This document shows, piece by piece, positions 39,451 through 64,000 of a DNA stretch of 64,000 bases. The notes below the pieces were generated by a model. The model ran no database searches. It had not been told where the DNA came from and saw only the letters and a program-made list of their open reading frames with translations. The stretch covers positions 19,254,150 to 19,318,149 of the forward strand of contig NC_134026.1 in NCBI RefSeq assembly GCF_964204645.1. The letters run 5' to 3'. Source of the DNA: Tubulanus polymorphus (lineage: Eukaryota; Animalia; Nemertea). The number at the start of each line of letters is the position of its first letter. The stretch's first letter is position 1. Position numbers and translations under genes: made by a program.

Positions 39451-40689
39451 CAATTTTAAAAAATCTATCTATCGTCTGAATCGTGGGACTTCTTCGTTTA
39501 TGGGACACAAAAACGTTCGAAAATTGTGTAACCTCGATAACTCAACTACATTTTGTACGGTTTCTGGTTTCGGGAACGCCCCCCCCCCTGTTTCTTGGTC
39601 TTGATATGTTTATGCGAGGTTTACGGAAAAAATGCCACAAAATTTTGCGACGTTGACCACTTTGTGTAGAACGGCTATACACTTGGTACCCTAATGATGG
39701 CCAATGAAGTTTATCATTTCGTTCCTGGCAGGTATGGTAGGTTTGTAAGGCAAACGATAATAAATAAGAGATTAAGATGATTAAGTCAGGAAAACGACCA
39801 CATAAAATTGGAATGTAAAATGTAAATTTATTGGACAATTTCATATTCCATGCAAAAAACTACCTAACTACAGACCAGCTGTAAAACAAAATAACTACAT
39901 TTACGATGACTTATGAAATATGTAATGTATACATGTATAAGCAAAGAATATCACTCCCAACAGTTACATATCGATACAGCGTCGTGAATAGGAATCGGTG
40001 AATTCAGATGCAAAACGAGACCTCCCTGGAAAAAGTAAATTATATGCATCGTTCATTATAACAAAGGCGACACGGCCAAGGCCAGATCCAGGGATCCTAG
40101 AGGAAATGGTTCTCCAAAAATGTGTGCCATTCCGATAACCAAAATTACCCTTTTTACGTAAGTACTTTCGTAGCGGGTTGGGATACGAATATCACCTGCC
40201 ATGGATGCAGTTGCATGTTACATATACAATGGACTCTATAAAACGTTTTAGAGTCCATGGTTATGCAGTGTACTGGTTTTGTACTTTTTAATCTTTTCTT
40301 CATCCACCCTTGGATTGTGCCGGACAAACATATTTTTTCAAAAACTTAATGAACTTATACATCAAATATTCGATTAACAAAGCATCACTTATTGAGTGTT
40401 TTAATCATCAATTGTTAGAGCCCAGATATACAAACACACATGATGTACATTTGCTATACTTCCGATGTGTCTAATGGTAGTTACAAAATTTGTAATAACT
40501 AAAAAATGTTATAATCAAACACAAACTTAAAGGTTTCAGTATTGGCAAACTGCAAGAACTGAATACCTGTCGTTTCTTTTTGCAAGTAGATTTTAACACC
40601 ATTAAGAGTAATATTACATAAAAACCTATTTCAATCTAAAATGAGCAAGAAATGAATGAGGTTTCGAGAATGTTTTTGATATTCCTTAA

Positions 40690-40977
40690 CCCTTTCAGTG
40701 CTTCTACATCGCAGTGCGGTGTACGAATCAGTGATGGATTTTGCGAATACACCACACTGCGATGTATTGATTTAATTAGTAATTACTGATTATCTCTCTT
40801 GAAAAATGGCAGCACCAGTCAAACATAGTGAAATATTAGTAACTAATGATATACCGCGCCAGGGTGTAGACACACTATAGTGCTATTCCTGATATTCTAC
40901 ACACTAGGGTGGAATTTTACAAAATTTTCACATTATCTTCAGCACTATAGGGTATTAATTAGCCAGCACTGAAAGAG
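40690..40977. mobile_element. piggyBac-type MITE, family C (reverse orientation)
   Basis: TTAA|CCCTTTCAGTGC...GCACTGAAAGAG|TTAA, the reverse complement of 18634-18918. Confidence 0.85.
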
Positions 40978-41434
40978 TTAAGTAACTGAGCCCTAAAAAC
41001 AATAGTCACACTACCCTAACTGACCGGCCAAATAAAGAAAATGGCCCTGCCAGATTTCTTTAATGGAGTTTTAAGTTTCTCTGAAAATACAAATATACTA
41101 AACAAACATGTTACAACTGTATTGCACAGAGGTTTGTTAACACTGATCCCCAGGCAACGCTTACATGTCCCATTATAACTACATATCAATAACTCTTTTT
41201 CTGTTGCCACTGGGTCATCCTTTCCTACCGATGAAGGTAGAAATAACAAAAAATTCCCTGGGCCTCTCAATGAACCAACCTGTTCTAGACTGGAAGCGAA
41301 AATAACACATTACACTAAATATTGTTGAACTACATTTTATGAAAAAATCACAACTTCAGTCAAAACAAAATCTAAATAACAGAATCAGAAGTTGCAGGTT
41401 GCACAGTTGCAGGTACCAGTATATTGGACTCTTA

Positions 41435-42234
41435 AGCCGGGCCGCACTAGGCGATTTTTAGTCGCCAGTACAAAGATTTGAATCATCGGCGATTTTTATG
41501 AAAATCGCCATCCGTCGCCAGCGACCGTACATTAGACGATTTTTATCACCGAATCGCAGGCATCCTCGCTTGCCGGAGCTTGATTCCCGTCCACTGGAGC
41601 TCACGCTAACACAAACCCTGGCCGCAAACCCTCATTATCTATAGTATATTACATTGCCCATTTCTTGGCCGGACAGCGTCCACCAGTCTATATTTCAGTC
41701 CACCAATCAGATGCGTGGTAATTATATAGAACAAACCTGCTGGGTAAAATCAATGCACCTGTTTGGCTAGATATATAGACTGGAGGGCAATGAGTGTTAA
41801 CCTGTCCGCCCAAGAAATCTTGGGCTTTTTAACCATTATTATGAAGGGTGTGCGGCCAGGGTTTTTGTTGACGTGAGCCCCGACGAGTGGAAATCTAACC
41901 CTGACAATCGAGGATGAATCACAGGTCGTGAAGTGGTGCCACGTGATTACAAAATGGCCGCATTTCATTTTTGGCTGTGGGGGGTCGCCATTTTGTGAAT
42001 GCACATGATTTCTATACTGGCGCTGATTGGCTGTTTTTGATTGGATTCAAAGCGTTGCGTCGCTACTAGCCGCACACTAGGCGATTTACTGCCGATCCTT
42101 GGCGACCCTCGGCGATCTCGTCGCCGAATATCTAGTATGCCAGATACTGAGCGATCTTGTCGCCGGCGATGATTTGTCGGCCGACAATGGTTGCGACGAA
42201 AATCGCTGAGAAATCGCCTAGTGTGCGCCCGGCT
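41435..42234. mobile_element. Non-autonomous Harbinger-type element, 800 bp
   Basis: TTA|AGCCGGGCCGCACTAGGCGATTT...AAATCGCCTAGTGTGCGCCCGGCT|TTA, with GGCGAT/ATCGCC subterminal arrays. The central part (about 41640-42017) differs in character and may be a nested insert. Confidence 0.85.
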
Positions 42235-42977
42235 TTAGCCCATTTTACAATAGCAATTAATGGGTTCATAATACCATGAATATATCTAGTTTATGCATTC
42301 ATAATACCTAGAAAAGCTGCAGGTATTATACTGCTAAGTGACCACTACCAAATATATCCTATTTTTTTTAGAACCATTGATGAAACATTCTGTGTTGTGA
42401 AGATGATAAAAATAGGTCTGAAATATATCCTTGAGCTTATATTCATTGGTACATTTCGACCATATCCTAATAGTTTTCCTGAAGATTACTATTATGATAC
42501 AGTTGAAACATTGGATGAAAATAAGCTCAAGGAAACACTTTAGACTCTTTTTATTCGAAGGATGGGATTTGATATCCTCCTATTTCATGTTTACGTAGGC
42601 ATCAATCGGCCTCCCAAGACATTCACCATTTCAATGTGAAGTCTTAACGATCACTCAAGCAAATTGGTGCTGACCGAAGGTCTAATTTGATTAGTGTTGG
42701 TTGTTTAAATTCATTCTCGATCAAATCTCAGGTGAAGTCCTGAATACATGGAAGTGTCAAACATCAGATGGGTGGCTCTGGGCAAGATTGATCGGTGCTT
42801 GGCCTGCACTAAACCTGGATTCTAAAAATTTTCCTAAATATTTTGCAAGTGAAGTCATTTATTATCGATCGTTTTAACTATAGAAATTGGCCTGGTGATA
42901 CACACACAAGCCTACCATAACATCAACTGAAGACTCAAATGCCATCATATTTTTGTCCTGGATGCATCATAGTCAGC

Positions 42978-62672
<19,695 letters not shown>

Positions 62673-63250
62673 TTAACCTGAGAGATACAAGAAAAATTGG
62701 CAAAATATCAACATAGCCTACCAGCATTTTCAATAAGAGCCAGGTCCCAGGTCCATCTGTCGTTTCTAAAGGACCCGCCTGTTTTCCAAACCAGCTTTCC
62801 TTTCAGGGACTGTGACATATTATGGGACCCTCCTGTTTTTTAAAGGGACCTGGCTTGTTAATTTCTTATTGAAAACACTGCATACATGTACGACGAAACC
62901 TTTTGAATTATTTTATTTTGATCAAAGGATATCATTCATCATGGTCTATCTTTTCTATACAAAATTCATAGGCCTATTAAGGTTAAAGGTAGAGCTGATA
63001 TTTATCGCTGCCACAGCTTTTTCCAGTTAACGCTATTTTGCCGACATCTCATTCTGATTGGCTTATAAACACTGAGAAGCGCAACTTTAAACAAGTTAAG
63101 GAAAATTTCAAAGTTAGAGATAGGGAAAATAGCACGAACAGGGCTCAGTTTCACGAAAAATTTCATAAGCCTTAAACCGGTTAAGTTTGAATTGTTGTCA
63201 AATATTTGAGTTTTTGTGAAGCTGGATCCAGGACAGTATTTAAACAAGGG

Positions 63251-63756
63251 ACTAATGTCTATTTCAACCTGACTTGAGAGCATTCCGGGTGGCCTAGCTC
63301 ACTAATGTTTGGTAGTACAAACCTGATAAAGGTCTTAGTAGGACCAGAAAGGACAGGTAGTCGACCTTAAACATCGTTTTTTAATCCACTTTAAACTGTA
63401 TTGAAGGATATCCAAAAAGTCTATATTGAAAGGGGTTCATGAGAGAAAAGAGACTCCATGATTTGAAAATAAACAATATGTCTCGATGCCTACCAACTGA
63501 AGTTTGGTATGTAGGCATGGAAACATATTGTTAAACTTTCAAATCATGGAGTCACTTCTCTTCATTTAACCCCTTTCAGTGAAGACTTTTTGGATATCAT
63601 TCAATACAGTTTCAAATGGATTGAAAAATGATGTTTAGGTCTACTGCCTGTCCTTTCTGGTCCTACTACTAAGACCTTTATCAGGTATGTACTACCAAAA
63701 ATGAGCGAGCTAGGCCACTTGAAATGCTCTCAAGTCAGGTTGAAATAGACATTAGT
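63251..63756. mobile_element. 506-bp foldback element (long palindrome) upstream of the first coding exon of ULK4
   Basis: Arms of about 245 bp are complementary along their length (actaatgtctatttcaacctgacttgagagcatt... / ...aatgctctcaagtcaggttgaaatagacattagt), with a small loop near 63498. Confidence 0.9.
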
Positions 63757-64000
63757 GCAGCTGCAGGGTCTTCCAATGGCAGGCACCTATGGCTTAAACA
63801 TGTGTTGACATAAATCAACATTAAACCAGGAATATGTCAAATGGTGGCTGATTCGGGCCATACTAATAAACCAAAATGATTTGTTTTCTCGCGCAAGAAA
63901 ACCAAAAAATTTGAATTCTCACGCGAGAAAACAAAAAAAAGGGGGCGAATGGTGAAAAACGTTTTATCGTTGCTCTTAGTCTAGCCGTACAGAAAAATCT

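Noticed and set aside
39251-39508. ORF with YIYIYI repeat
   Set aside because: It is a translation of the (TA)n microsatellite.

Overview
AT-rich, intron-rich eukaryotic DNA, most likely from a marine invertebrate bilaterian. It is not prokaryotic, so most short ORFs in the supplied track are either single exons read into introns or noise. Manual splice-site and reading-frame tracing gives three cilia-related genes, all on the minus strand. (1) An RP1-like gene (2 DCX + 2 PLAT + beta-trefoil-like region; 11 coding exons, 706 codons in the window) that runs off the left edge. (2) DYNLT5/TCTEX1D1 (3 coding exons, 188 aa). (3) The complete coding sequence of the ULK4 pseudokinase (32 coding exons, about 1289 aa). 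Introns and intergenic DNA hold many non-autonomous transposons: several PIF/Harbinger MITE families (some nested), piggyBac-type TTAA MITEs, hAT-like MITEs with 5-6 bp TSDs, a Tc1/mariner MITE, a solo LTR, an L2-type LINE fragment, tRNA-derived SINEs, a Penelope-like inverted terminus with a hammerhead-like core, and a 506-bp foldback. The most notable observations are a 33-codon Myb/SANT micro-ORF kept in two diverged Harbinger MITE copies, the TSD-flanked inverted hammerhead-like Penelope remnant, the DCX-PLAT-trefoil RP1 architecture, and a ULK4 that keeps the DFG aspartate. I found nothing I can confidently call a wholly new system. Homology statements rest on recalled family sequences, not on a database search.
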